Source: Octopus sinensis
Lineage: Eukaryota
Length of the DNA: 64,000 bases
Assembly: GCF_006345805.1 (NCBI RefSeq)
Contig: NC_043001.1
Location: 62,558,001-62,622,000 of the forward strand
Reading direction: 5' to 3'
This document shows, in pieces, positions 11,985 through 23,899 of the stretch; position 1 is the stretch's first letter, and the number at the start of each line of letters is the position of its first letter. Both the position numbers and the translations under genes were made by a program. Below the pieces are notes generated by a model. That model saw only the letters and a list, made by a program, of their open reading frames with translations. It ran no database searches and was not told the origin of the DNA.

Positions 11985-12543
11985 AAATAATAAGGGTGAA
12001 AAATTGAATATTAATTTGATTAATATCAATTTAAAACCAGTGGTGTATCACATTTAAAAGTCTGAAGTTTCAGAGAAAAAATTATATTATATACATATAA
12101 GAGGGATGACCTGTAAGTGGACATCCATTACGCTAGAAGAAGATCCACTATGGTCTTACCATTCCTTTGTTAGTGGTAAGACCATAGCGGATCTTCTTCT
12201 AGCAAAATGGATGTCCACTAACAGTTAATCCCTCATATATAATAGTTTCACTTTATTAGTTTCGGTATTAAAGTGAAAGTATTCAAGTGAAAGCATCTGA
12301 CATTACAATAGAGAGATGTTTTTGTTTCACTTTTAACATGTAATGCTGAAATAGCGGAGAAGATATGATATTGCTGTGGGCTCACCCTAGGCAAGAAGTT
12401 AAAAAATTTTTTTGCCCATGACACTACATGGACCCTAAGTAAGGCATGTGTAAAATTTGAATGAAATTGGTTGTGTAGTTCTCAAGTTTTAGGGATTCAC
12501 ACAGACAGAAAGACACACATTCTCAGTTTTATATATATAGATA
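11985..12543 (-). mobile_element. Helitron-like non-autonomous element in (TA)n carrying a 46-bp-stem internal hairpin
   Basis: Minus-strand start TCtatatatataaaactgagaatgtgtgtc. Inverted homolog at 63060-63560. Hairpin at 12116-12219. No CTAG-type 3' end is evident. Confidence 0.65.
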
Positions 12544-13309
12544 TATAGATGCTCAATTTTAGTACATTCTTCAACTCCTCTTTTAGTTTCTCAACATTCT
12601 TTAATGTTTCCATTATCACAAGTTTATCATCTACACATCTGGTGTATATTAAATATTTGAGATTTTGTATTATTCTGTTCTCTACTATGGATAAACAGAA
12701 TGCTACATATGTAAGTCCTAAGGGAGAAGCTATGGATACTGCATCTGTTATATAAATTACCTTGTGGGCAGTGAAAAGATACTTTAACTGTACATATCAT
12801 GAGTAGTCTTTTGAATAAGTTTGCAGGTACTGCTATATATTGTTTAAATAAATTTTCAGGTACAGCTATATTTTGGAGTGTTAATATGTTTTCTGTTATG
12901 ATTTTTATTGTTTATGATGGGATGTTAGTGAACAAACTTACAACATCTAAGATGTAGATAGTACCTATTATATTGGTTTATTTTAAAATTTGTAAAAAAT
13001 TTCAAATGACCTCGTAATGTATTTCACTGGTGTGATTTCATCATTATGCTATCCATTTGTTTGGTGACTGAATGTGAAGGCATGAAGTTTCAGCATTTGA
13101 CAAAAGTATCAGCTGCATTAGTTGCTACAATTGAGAGGCTCACAAAGGCCTGGGCAATAATTCACAGCAGTGATTGGAATGATCATCTCTAATGTAAAGT
13201 TTCAATGAAAATATTCCAAGCAAATAGTCTTTCTCTAATTTTGTTATTTCAGTATTAAATTTTGATTTCTGTTGCAAAAATCCAATGGCTAGAGGCTAGG
13301 GTCTGCAAC

Positions 13310-13860
13310 TACCTGAGATAACAATATAACCTATAATTTCTTTATGGATGAACGAAAATATCTGTTATGAATGTTTATAATGACAAAAAACAGCTGAAAT
13401 TAATTACATTTTCAGCTGACATGGAAATGGAAATTGGCCAAAAGAAATGTTCATATTTGATTGCTGAACATGGAAAATGAGTCCTCCAAAGCCAAAACTG
13501 ATACATAGAAGGTCTCTCTATCTCTTCTGTTCCACACAAAGAATGCTACTAATACCCAAGCATTGATGAAAACTTATCATATGACATTGTGAATAATGAA
13601 TTGTCAACTGAGAATATGACACCAGACTTAGAAAATATGGTAGTCAGAACTCTCCTCTTACAAAACAATGTCCCACAATACATTTGCATAACCTGTGTTG
13701 ATGCCAATACTTGGGATACTTGAATGGTCTATAGCAGAAATCCACTCCATAGACATTAAAATCTGCAAGAACCTGACATCAAATGGAGATTTCCACAGAA
13801 ACAATGATAACAAGAAGAAATGAAGGTAGAGTTTTGAGATAAGAGCAGATAGCCTTCAAA
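13310..13860 (+). mobile_element. Degraded R4/Dong-like non-LTR retrotransposon fragment
   Basis: Frameshifted remnants FMD..K, MEIGQKKCSYLIAEHGK, SELS..NNVPHNTFA..VLMP.LG.LEW are homologous to 18000-18370 and 25090-25500. Confidence 0.55.
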
Positions 13861-13890
13861 TGGTCATATAGTATCCCTTAGTATCAGCTA

Positions 13891-13939
<49 letters not shown>

Positions 13940-14061
13940 GAAAGAATGGAGTCACCCGGAGTTTCTACCCTTGACAGGTCGCTTCAACCGTGTTTTCTGA
14001 CGTTTTGGTTAAACAAATTTTCCATGCTGACGATAAACATAGGATAGTTCCTTCACCTACT

Positions 14062-14123
<62 letters not shown>

Positions 14124-15784
14124 GGTTAGTGAGAGCTATGCGAGCCATGTACAGGGACACTGCTAGTAAGGTGAGGGTTGGCAATGAGTACAGTGAAGAA
14201 TTCCGGGTAGAGGTAGGGGTCCACCAAGGTTCAGTCCTCAGCCCCCTCCTATTTATCATAGTCCTCCAGGCAATAACGGAGGAATTCAAGACAGGATGCC
14301 CCTGGGAGCTCCTCTATGCTGATGACCTTGCTCTAATTGCTGAGTCACTATCAGAACTGGAGGAGAAATTTCAGGTGTGGAAGCAAGGATTAGAATCGAA
14401 GGGTCTTAGAGTCAACCTAGCTAAACCCAAAGTCCTAATAAGTAGGAAGGTAGACAAATCACAAACGCCTTCAGGTAGATGGCCCTGCTCGATCTGTAGA
14501 AAAGGCGTAGGTAGAAACTCTATAAGATGCACCAAGTGTAAGCTATGGACACATAAGAGGTGCAGCAAAGTCAAAGGAAGGCTAACTAGGAAAATAGTTT
14601 TTGTATGTGGCAGATGCTCAGGAGCAATAAACTCTGAAAATGTGCAGAGACCAACTTCCACCACATTCCAGGGAGAAAAACTAGAAATAGTTGATAGCTT
14701 CCATTACCTAGGTGACCAAGTCAGTAGCGGGGGTGGGTGTGCTGAAAGTGTAACTGCTAGAGTAAGAATAGCCTGGGCAAAGTTCAGAGAGCTCTTACCC
14801 TTGCTGGTGACAAAAGGCCTCTCGCTCAGAGTAAAAGGCAGACTGTATGATGTATGTGTACGAACAGCCATGCTACATGGTAGTGAATCATGGGCCGTGA
14901 CTGCTGAGGATATGCGTAAACTTGCAAGAAATGAAGCTATATGCTCCAATGGATGTGTAATGCCAGTGTTCGTACTCGACAGAGTGTAAGTACCTTGAGA
15001 GAAAAGTTGGACCTAAGAAGCATCAGTTGTGGCGTGCAAGAGAGACGTTTGCGCTGGTATGGTCATGTGACAAGAATGGATGAAGATAGTTGTGTGAAAA
15101 AGTGCCACACCCTAGCAGTTGAGGGAACCTGTGGAAGAGGTAGACCCAGGAAAACCTGGGACGAGGTGGTGAAGCACAACCTTCGAACTTTAGGTCTCAC
15201 CAAGGAAATGACTAGAGACCAAGGCCTATGGAAGTATGCTGTGAGACCTTAACCCATGGCCTCTACCTGGGATGTAGCCTGTCCACTTATGCATCCCTTT
15301 CCTTCTTGGGACACAAAACTCTACTTGAGAAGACCTGTTGAGGCAAGTGCGAATCAGAATCAAATTCAAAATTGATCAACATCAATGGAAATTGTAGCTG
15401 TGATACCAGTGCTAGTAGCACGTAAGCAAACCATCCGAACGTGGCCGTTGCCAGCGCCGCCCCGACGGGCCTCTGTGCCGGTGACACGCAAAAAGCACCA
15501 TCTGATCGTGGCCGTTGCCAGACTTGCCTGGCCCTTGTGCCGGTGGCACGTAAAGAGCACCATCCGACCGTGGCCGTTTGCCAGCCCCGTCTGGCACCTG
15601 TGCCGGTGGCATGTAAAAAGCACCCACTACACTCACGGAGTGGTTGGCGTTAGGAAGGGCATCCAGCCGTAGAAACATTGCCAGATCAGACTGGGCCTGG
15701 TGCAGCCTTCTGGCCTCCCAGACCCCAGTTGAACCGTCCAACTCATGCTAGCATGGAAAGCAGACACTAAATGATGATGATGAT
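14124..15784 (+). mobile_element. 5'-truncated RTE LINE; best-preserved copy (286-aa RT fragment with PHD finger)
   Basis: GVHQGSVLSPLLF, LLYADDL, KGLRVNLAK, PHD finger, FHYLG, RRLRWYGHV, GRGRPRKTW, 3'UTR and (GAT)n tail. Inserted in (TA)n. Confidence 0.95.
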
Positions 15785-15814
15785 ACATATATCATCATCA
15801 TCATTTAGTGTCAA

Positions 15815-16570
15815 CAACATTCCTATGTATCTATGTATCAACAGTGAACTCCTCAGGAAGTATACTCTTTCTGACAACTTCCAAGAGTGCCAAAACAGCC
15901 AGACTAAAATACTTCAAAGAAGAGCTGGATGTGAAATGCTCAGCATACCAAAAGAGAATACATGGGTATGTTTCCAAAGACTTTAAAATGACATTAATAT
16001 TGATATGAAGTGCAGCCTTTCTTGAAGTCATGACCATTATGTCACATCACACTTCAAAGACGACATGTTTGCAATTCAAAACCAAGAGATTGCTACCAAA
16101 TACCTAATAAAAAGAAAAGAAGCCCTTAGTGCCCCAAGATGGAACCAAAAATATTGATGATACCACATTTCTGTAAATGACATCATGCATGATAGCTGCC
16201 CCAAAATGCCATCAAGGTACTACTTCCCAATGTGACATCATGTTGTCACTGAAACAATATACAATATCCCCTGACAAAAGCTCCTGAAATAAATATAGAG
16301 AATCCCATTGTTATTGGATACATTCATAAACATCAACAAAGAGAATATGGCTAAACATTCTCTATCAAAACTTCTACTAAATGCAAACATAACAGACCAG
16401 ATGTTGTTTTGAACAGACAAGGAGAAGTATGAACCATAACAGAGGTCAGCTGCTCTGCTAATGGGAATATCTCTTTGAAAATCCAAGAGAAAGAGGATAA
16501 CTATGGACAACTGCTTTGAAACGTCTAACTTCGATACTCAGATTATAAATTCATGAGTAAATGCCTAGGT
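15815..16570 (+). mobile_element. R4/Dong-like 3' fragment
   Basis: Remnants HF..DMFAIQNQEIATKYL and EVSC..NGNISLK, homologous to the 3' parts of 18800-19600 and 25900-26250. Confidence 0.5.
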
Positions 16571-17589
16571 GATAATGTAGATAAGTTAGAGTTTTCAGAA
16601 AAAGAAATCAGTCAATTAACTCACACATTTGAAATACTATTTGTAAGTAGAACAGTAAAAATATACAAGACTTTTTGCAAGTTCAAAATGTAAATTTATT
16701 TTTGTTACCTACATTCCAACTATGGAACTTTGTACCATTGTTAGAAACAGTTCTTTCCCTTACAGGAAGGCTTCAAATAATTAAAAATAGAACAGAAAGA
16801 GAAAACAAATGAAACAGATAGGTGGGTAGGAAAGCAGGCATTGATGGATGCAGGCATGCATGCATGCATATGAACATACATACAAAGCAACAAGTTGCAT
16901 ATTTGGTGTGGGAGACGATTCATCAAAAAGAACTTTGAATATTGTGTCCAATTTTGAATCCACAACTATCAACCCTGTTAAATAACTGCTGAATCTTCAA
17001 ATGAATTGACTGAAGGTGCTGTTATTTCAAGTTGAATTTTTGTCTCAAACTTAAAATGGCTGAACGTGCTGCATCAACAACAACAGTTACAAAACAGAAA
17101 TTAACATTGTAAAAAGTAAACAGATTTTCTTTTAGTTGTAGCAATAGATTGTAGCAATAGAAGAAACTGTAAATATAAAATGCATTTTCTTCAAAATTAT
17201 GAGCTCAATAATGATTTATATAACTGCTAATCATTATAAAAGAGCATAGCATACTAGGACAATCTGCTTCCAATGGTAAAAGATTTTATGGCAAAAATAT
17301 AATGCCAACAACAAACATTTCTTGAATATGGGAAGAATGTTAATGAATGTAACTTAATCCAAAGAAGAGATGAAATTGTATGCCAAACAGTATAAACAAA
17401 AGTGTGAACAATGTTAGAATACCATGAAGACTTCAGTCAAAGACATTCCTACAGACATTATATTGCCTGTTAGCTGGACTACATTACAAGCTAAGGCAAC
17501 TATTACCACTGTAATAAACACCAGGTACAACCTTAATGATCATTGCAGCAATTATTAGGGATAAATACAGGTGAAAAATGTCCTCAATT

Positions 17590-19620
17590 ATATATTTCAT
17601 GAAAAAATAACTTAAGCTTTATGTACTAAGTAATAGCTGATAAATAAAACTGTAATGTCAGATGTGTGGCAGCATAGGAGGAACCTGACTTCAATGTAGT
17701 TGGACTATAAGAAAGCTTTTGACTATGTTTCCCATTCAAGGATGCTAGGAGTCCTTTGACTCACTAAAGTTCCAGAGAACATAGTCAAAGCCATAACTGA
17801 CCTCGTTTCATCTAAAGTTAAATACAATGAGAGATAAAATATAGTATCACAAAAGTCTATTCCAAAGAGACAGTCTCCTGCAATGATGTCCATATTTTCA
17901 ATAAACCACTTGTCATTCATGTTGAGGAAGTTTGAAGGGTATCTTACTGGTTCATAGAGAAAAAAAATACAAAGATTACACACTGCTTCTTTGAAGATAA
18001 CTTGAAGCTATACGCCACAGAAATGATTGATAAGAAAAAGAGCCTTGACTTCATTACAACATTCTCAAAGGATATAGGGTTAGAACTTGGTCAGGATAGA
18101 TATTCCTATATGGTTGTGAAACAAGGGAAAACTGTGAACCAAACTACCAGCATCTCCATCAATGAATTGAATGTTTCTCCTGTATCTGATGAGGAATGTT
18201 ACAGGTACCTAGGGATAGATAAAAACATATCTTACGATGGTACCTGTAACAAGGAATGCATCACGAAGGAATACAACAACTGGATAAGAAAAATATGGAC
18301 CTTAGAACTCTCAGCATACAATAAAATGTGTTTGTAATACCAGTATTTATACCAACATTTGGGCTACTTGATAAGCTCCAAACCACTGATGTGAAAACCT
18401 AAAAGATACAAACCAGCACAAATAATTTTCACGTCAATAGTGACATAGACCGCCTATACCTAAAACAAGAACGAAGAAGCAGAGGTTAAACATCGATTCA
18501 GACAGCTTCTGAATGCCACATCATATCCCTTTGCCAATAGCTTTTACCACCAAGTGACAAAGTACATCTATTGATAAAGTTGCCATACATGAGGTAGATA
18601 ACTTCATGAGATTTGGAAAGCAGCTCCTCAAGAAATATTCCCAGTCTGTTAATCTCAAATACATGCCCAAAAAAGTTGCATGACTCAAACAGCAACAAAT
18701 CATTAGATGAAAGGATGAGTACAAATCAGCAGATCATGCACAGAATTGTTAGCAGAAAGCTCCAGGATGACAGCAATATGGACCAACAATCATGGACCAA
18801 CAACCAGATCCCTAACTCTCACTTTGAAGGGCATACATTTGCAATCCAGGAATAAAAAATACCTACCAAATTCTTCATGCACAAAAGGGAAGCTCAGGTG
18901 AATAGGGAATTGAATGCATTTCATCTGGTAAACACAGTCCAACGGAATCAATGGCATGCAGGAAACAAAAACAACATTCCCTGCTCCTTGACCCGTGATA
19001 ACTTTTGCCTTGAGAATGTCATCCATGATGTATTTACATGTACAAATGCACGTTCCCACGGCTTTATCGATTGCATTCTTACCTGGAATCAATTTTTGTA
19101 ATTTTTTCAAAACTTACACACGCCCTGATACCGTCGGTATCTACATATCAAATTTGAGCACAATCAGATGGGGGATGCCTGAGATCCTAGAAGACACACA
19201 CACAGACAGACAGAACGCATTTTATATAATAGATATGAAAGAGTAATAGCAGAATACCCTTGTGAAAACCTCAATAAAATGCAAACATAATAAATTAGAC
19301 ATAATGATTTGAAAAGGGAGGAAAATCTATGTACAGTACTGGAAATCAGTTGCCCAGTGAATGTCAACATAAAACAGAAAATACCTCCATTGAACTACTG
19401 AGAAACTTACAGTTAGTCTACTTGGATTACAAGTTCAGATTTATATTCGTAATTATTGGGACACTAGGATATGTAACCAACTACCAGAGAGATTAGGGTC
19501 CTCAAAACTAGAAAGGAGAAAACTAATTAGAAGACTACAAATACAAGCCATTAATTGAAACTGTCAAAAAAACATTAAAACTTTCCAAGAGTTAAGCATA
19601 GAAGTACATATGCACATGTC
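17590..19620 (+). mobile_element. Degraded R4/Dong-like (restriction-like endonuclease) non-LTR retrotransposon
   Basis: DYKKAFDYVSH, FEDNLKLY, FSKDIGLELG, YRYLGI, KIWTLELSAYNK, DRLYL, FEGHTFAIQE, LEISCP. Many stops and frameshifts. Confidence 0.75.
18885..19233 (-). mobile_element. Helitron fragment (5' TC end fused to PIF1-like helicase remnant) nested in the R4-like element
   Basis: ILKAKVITGQGAGNVVFVSCMPLIPLDCVYQMKCIQFPIHLSF resembles the Helitron helicase IEA.I.TG...G..VFIPRIPLIP.D....KR.QFP..L.F motif. Minus-strand start TCtattatataaaatgcgttctgtctgtc. Confidence 0.75.
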
Positions 19621-19699
19621 TAGACATGCAATTGTGTGTATGGTATACACACACATATATATATAATAAAATGACCTATACAACATGCCACTGGATACC

Positions 19700-22520
19700 T
19701 ACAAGCAATTGATACTTAAACATCTGCACAAGAGCTACCAAATTGTACCAACCTGAACCTGAGAGATATCTACCTCAAAACTCAAGGTCTTGTCTTTAAA
19801 CTCAGCTTTCAAACCTTTCAAACCTTGACCACTCCATATAAACTTAAAAGACAATATGGGAAATTTTGCTGCAAACCCTTCCGTTTGCCTCATTTGCTCC
19901 TCAAGCTCTGATGTAAGTAGGATTAGTAATGTTAGATTAGAATTCTACCCCACCTTCAATCTAAGATTACACTAAACCTCTGGACTAACATCACTGAAAC
20001 CATCCAATGGTTTAAATTCTAAGTCCCAAAAGTAAACACGAATTCATTCAAGTAAGTATACACCAATACTATTCCAGTGTATCTCCTATCCTACTTAACA
20101 AAGCCCTCATATTTGCACTAAAATAATCTGACCTGACTAGAGGTGATATCAGTATTATCCTGGCAATCCATTTAACTACTATAAAATGCAATGGAAAATT
20201 TTGGACCCGCAAGGATACCCCTAACTACTACAACACCCCAATGGAGGAAAGTGACTCAGCTTAAGTTACCCACTTAGTGAGTTGTTACCTGCTCCATTGC
20301 CTCCAGGACCAATTCCCTAATATTTTCAGTGGTCTATATAAGGACGACACTCTGTTTGCAATCCCAGACTCTAGTAGCTGTGAGGTAGAACAATTTAGGA
20401 ACAGAATCAGATTCTTTAAAAACATGAACCTTAGTGTCTCTTTCACTTCTAATATTAAAACTGCTAATTTCCTAAATGTCACTCTAGATTTACAAAACAA
20501 CACCTATCCATACTATAAACCCCAGGAGAACTTTAATTATGTTAACTTTTCCTCAAATCAACCCGCTCGTCCTAAAATCCATTGGTGACAGTGTGTCTTG
20601 TAGGATCTCATCCCTATCCACTATTAAAGAGATATTCAAGCATTATGCTGAATATTACAACAAAATCTGATTAGATCCCTTCTTATATGGAGTGATCCTT
20701 CTTCCACTGAACCTGGGACTGCAGATACATCTGCCCCTTTAGATAGAACCTGTACTATCCCCTGTATTCCTCCCTTCCCATATCTGTCCAAATTTTACTG
20801 TAATTGCAAACCCAATAGGCACTCCTCTCACCCTGGGATTCTGGATCCCAAATCTGCCACTGCCCATTGAAATCCACACCTCCCTACCCCAAGCCATACT
20901 CAGGTAACCCCCTAGAACAGAATAAGTGGACTAGGACATGCAATGTTATCTGGTTTCACCCCCACTTTGCCCTTAATGTTCAGACCAGAGTACCTAAGCT
21001 TTCCTTTGTTCGACTTGAAAAATATTTCTCTAGGTCCAGTAATCTGAAGAAAATCTTCAACCCCCAATCTATTAAATTCTCTTACTCTACCACAACCAAC
21101 ACTGCCAGTATAATCCCTCTCTACCCCATAAAAATATCAATCCTAAAACCACTGCAGATACTGCAAATAACACCAGGTTAACCCCAGGTAATCATAACTC
21201 CGCAAACTCCACTTTAACACCTTCTAGAATCCTATGCAGCTATAGATGCCCCACCACCTGTCCCTTGGAAAATAGATGCCTCACAAAACATATCGTATAT
21301 AAATATATGGTATCCACAGGAGATTTCAAATATGTATATATTGGCTTGTGCAGCACAACCTTCTAAGTCAGAGTTGGTAACCACTATATTAGCTTTAAAT
21401 ATCAAGTGAAAACTAACAGCACTTCTTTATCTAGGCTCATTCATAACCTAAAACAAAACTCAGTTTTATACAATTTAAAATGGTCCATCATTACCAATAC
21501 CAAACCATATAACAGTTATAACAACTAATGCAATCTCTACATCATTGATGTCTTATCTGCTATGCAATGCAATAATGAACGAAGCAACCTAATTCTTAAT
21601 TGCAAACACAAGTTATGTAATACATTCTTAAGATACAAATAATAGTGCCCTCCCCAATTATTCCATAACTAATCCTCCTGCATTCCCACCCTCCACTTGA
21701 AGCTCTTCTTTGTATTTATAACATGAAATTTTGTTATTAGCTACCTTTATATTTTCTTAACTCTGTAATCTTTCTCTCTGCGTGAAGATATGCAGTCATG
21801 TACATGCACAAGCACACCTATGGGGATATTATAGGTGCACAGTAAATGAATGCATATGTGCATGGGTATGCAAATGTGTAGTTTTACTGCTAAGTAGCAA
21901 GCCACCAATTTAACTCGAACTGTTATGTTCCTCTAATAACAGGGGAATACAACCTTAATCTCCCATCTCACTCTCTTCTCCCTCCTTTCCTTTCTCCTAG
22001 CAAATCCACCTTATTCTCACTCCTAAATATTCTTTTCTTTTCTTTTTTTCTGTCTAAATGGATGCAACAATATATTTATTTACCATTAACATAATAGAGT
22101 GAACCCAGCTTAATATTCACAATGACCTTCCGCTAAAGTCAGCATCAATCTAACCTAAATTTCCCCTTCTCCCCAATCTCCTTTTCTTTATTCTTAAGAA
22201 TTTTAGACAATTGCTCATTCCCAAATTCTTTGCCTCTTCCTTCTTTTCTCTTACTGACCATTTTATTTCTTAACACATTTTTCTATTTTGTTATTTTAGT
22301 TCTTTCTTCTGGCTTCACCACTCATTTCAAATTATATCTCTGGTGAGTTAACTTGGGATTCTTTAACAACAATGTAACTTTCATATAACTAAACTATCTT
22401 TGGCCTGATGAGTAGCCAGTGGAGTTCGCTTCGTTGATCAATTATTATTTCTGCTAGCTAGAAAACATATGTAGCCTGGATTTTACCACCTCCACTCCTA
22501 TTTGGATATATAACAAAACA
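19700..22520 (+). mobile_element. Degraded Penelope-like element (RT, GIY-YIG endonuclease, 3' region)
   Basis: SGLYKDD, ANFLNVTLDL, YKP..NYVNFSSNQP, NVIWFHPHF, KIFNPQSIKFSYS, CPLENRCL..IVYK..YIGLCSTTF. Confidence 0.85.
22402..22476 (+). ncRNA. Type I hammerhead ribozyme-like motif (PLE-associated, degenerate)
   Basis: ggc-CTGATGA-gtagc..(~40 nt)..gcta-GAAAAC-ATAT-GTA-gcc. Stem I ggc/gcc; palindromic acatatgt stem III. Confidence 0.65.
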
Positions 22521-23899
22521 TATAGTTCTTCATGGATCTAGTTGGATAAAGTTTATTGAAAATTTTAAAATTTGGCACAATAATATACTTTTCCAAGCTG
22601 AATCGCTGGAGTTAGTTCACTTTTTCCAGATAAATGCTTTTAAAAAGTTATAAAAGTTTAAAGTTTGATCATTTTCACCTAGTTAGGAAACAGGATTTGG
22701 AAGCTGTCATTTTGTGCCTGACTGCACATTTTGTCATCAACATCCTGAAAATAGCATATGTTGTCAATATTTGTAAACAACATGTGTTTTGCAGTTTGAA
22801 GCATTCAATATGAATTTAATGTAACAGCATGAACTTAAAAGATTTATCTAAAAACAAAATAGTACTTTACAAGTCAAATATTTTTAAAAAAACAAACATT
22901 TTGTTGACCAGTTCATTGAAAGCAAAAGTTAAAAATGCATTCAATCAATTTCTCACACAAATCACAATTTTCATATCTCCTGCGCCACCTAAATTCATAT
23001 GCTCAATTGTCATCAGATAGGTAAAACAAGTGATTTCAATGTATTTGTCAATACATGCTTTCTCGCAGACAAAAGAGTTCTCATGTTCTACTTGTTTCTA
23101 TGGAAACAGGCATGAATGTGTCTGTGGCTTACAATTGGCTAAAATTACCAAAACTTTCAAACTTTAATTGTTAATAACTTTTTATTTATTGATCTATAGC
23201 GAAATTGATTTTCATATCATTCATCGGCCAATAAAAGTGTACCATTACACTGAATATGAATCAATTTGAACAGAAGTGATGCTGGCAGCCAAACCAACTA
23301 GATCCTTCTACACATGCATTGACTCCAAATACTTAAACATTATACACAAAACTACTCTGTCGATGTTGTTAAAATTCCAATAAAAGAGGCTTCAATCTAG
23401 ATTAGAAACCGGTTCTGCCTGTATTGGCAAGAAACTAGAAATAAACTAATTAATAAAAAGAACATACATACAAACTGGATAGTAGTAGCAGTGGTCAACC
23501 AGCTTCTCCCACACTGAGACATTTAAAGAATATACAACAATACCATCACTATCAACAACAAAAAGCAATCACAGTGAAATACTCAGCCTGCTAGAAAACA
23601 AAAGCAGCCAAATGATAGCTTCTTCAAACAAAACAGGAGAATATTGAAATATTATAAATTTTGTAAAACTGGTGTGGGAAGATATGATGTTAAGTAGGTT
23701 GAAAACATTAACTTTAAAAACAAGCCATTTAAAACAAACACAAAAAAAAGCCTTTTAAATTGGAACTGGAAGTAATTAATACAATAACAGAAAACTAATT
23801 TAATGTGTATTGAATTAAAACTCACATACAAAGCTATAAATCTTTTGCTATATGAGTCAGCAATAACATTGTTAGCCTACCATAAGTAACTGAAGTTGT

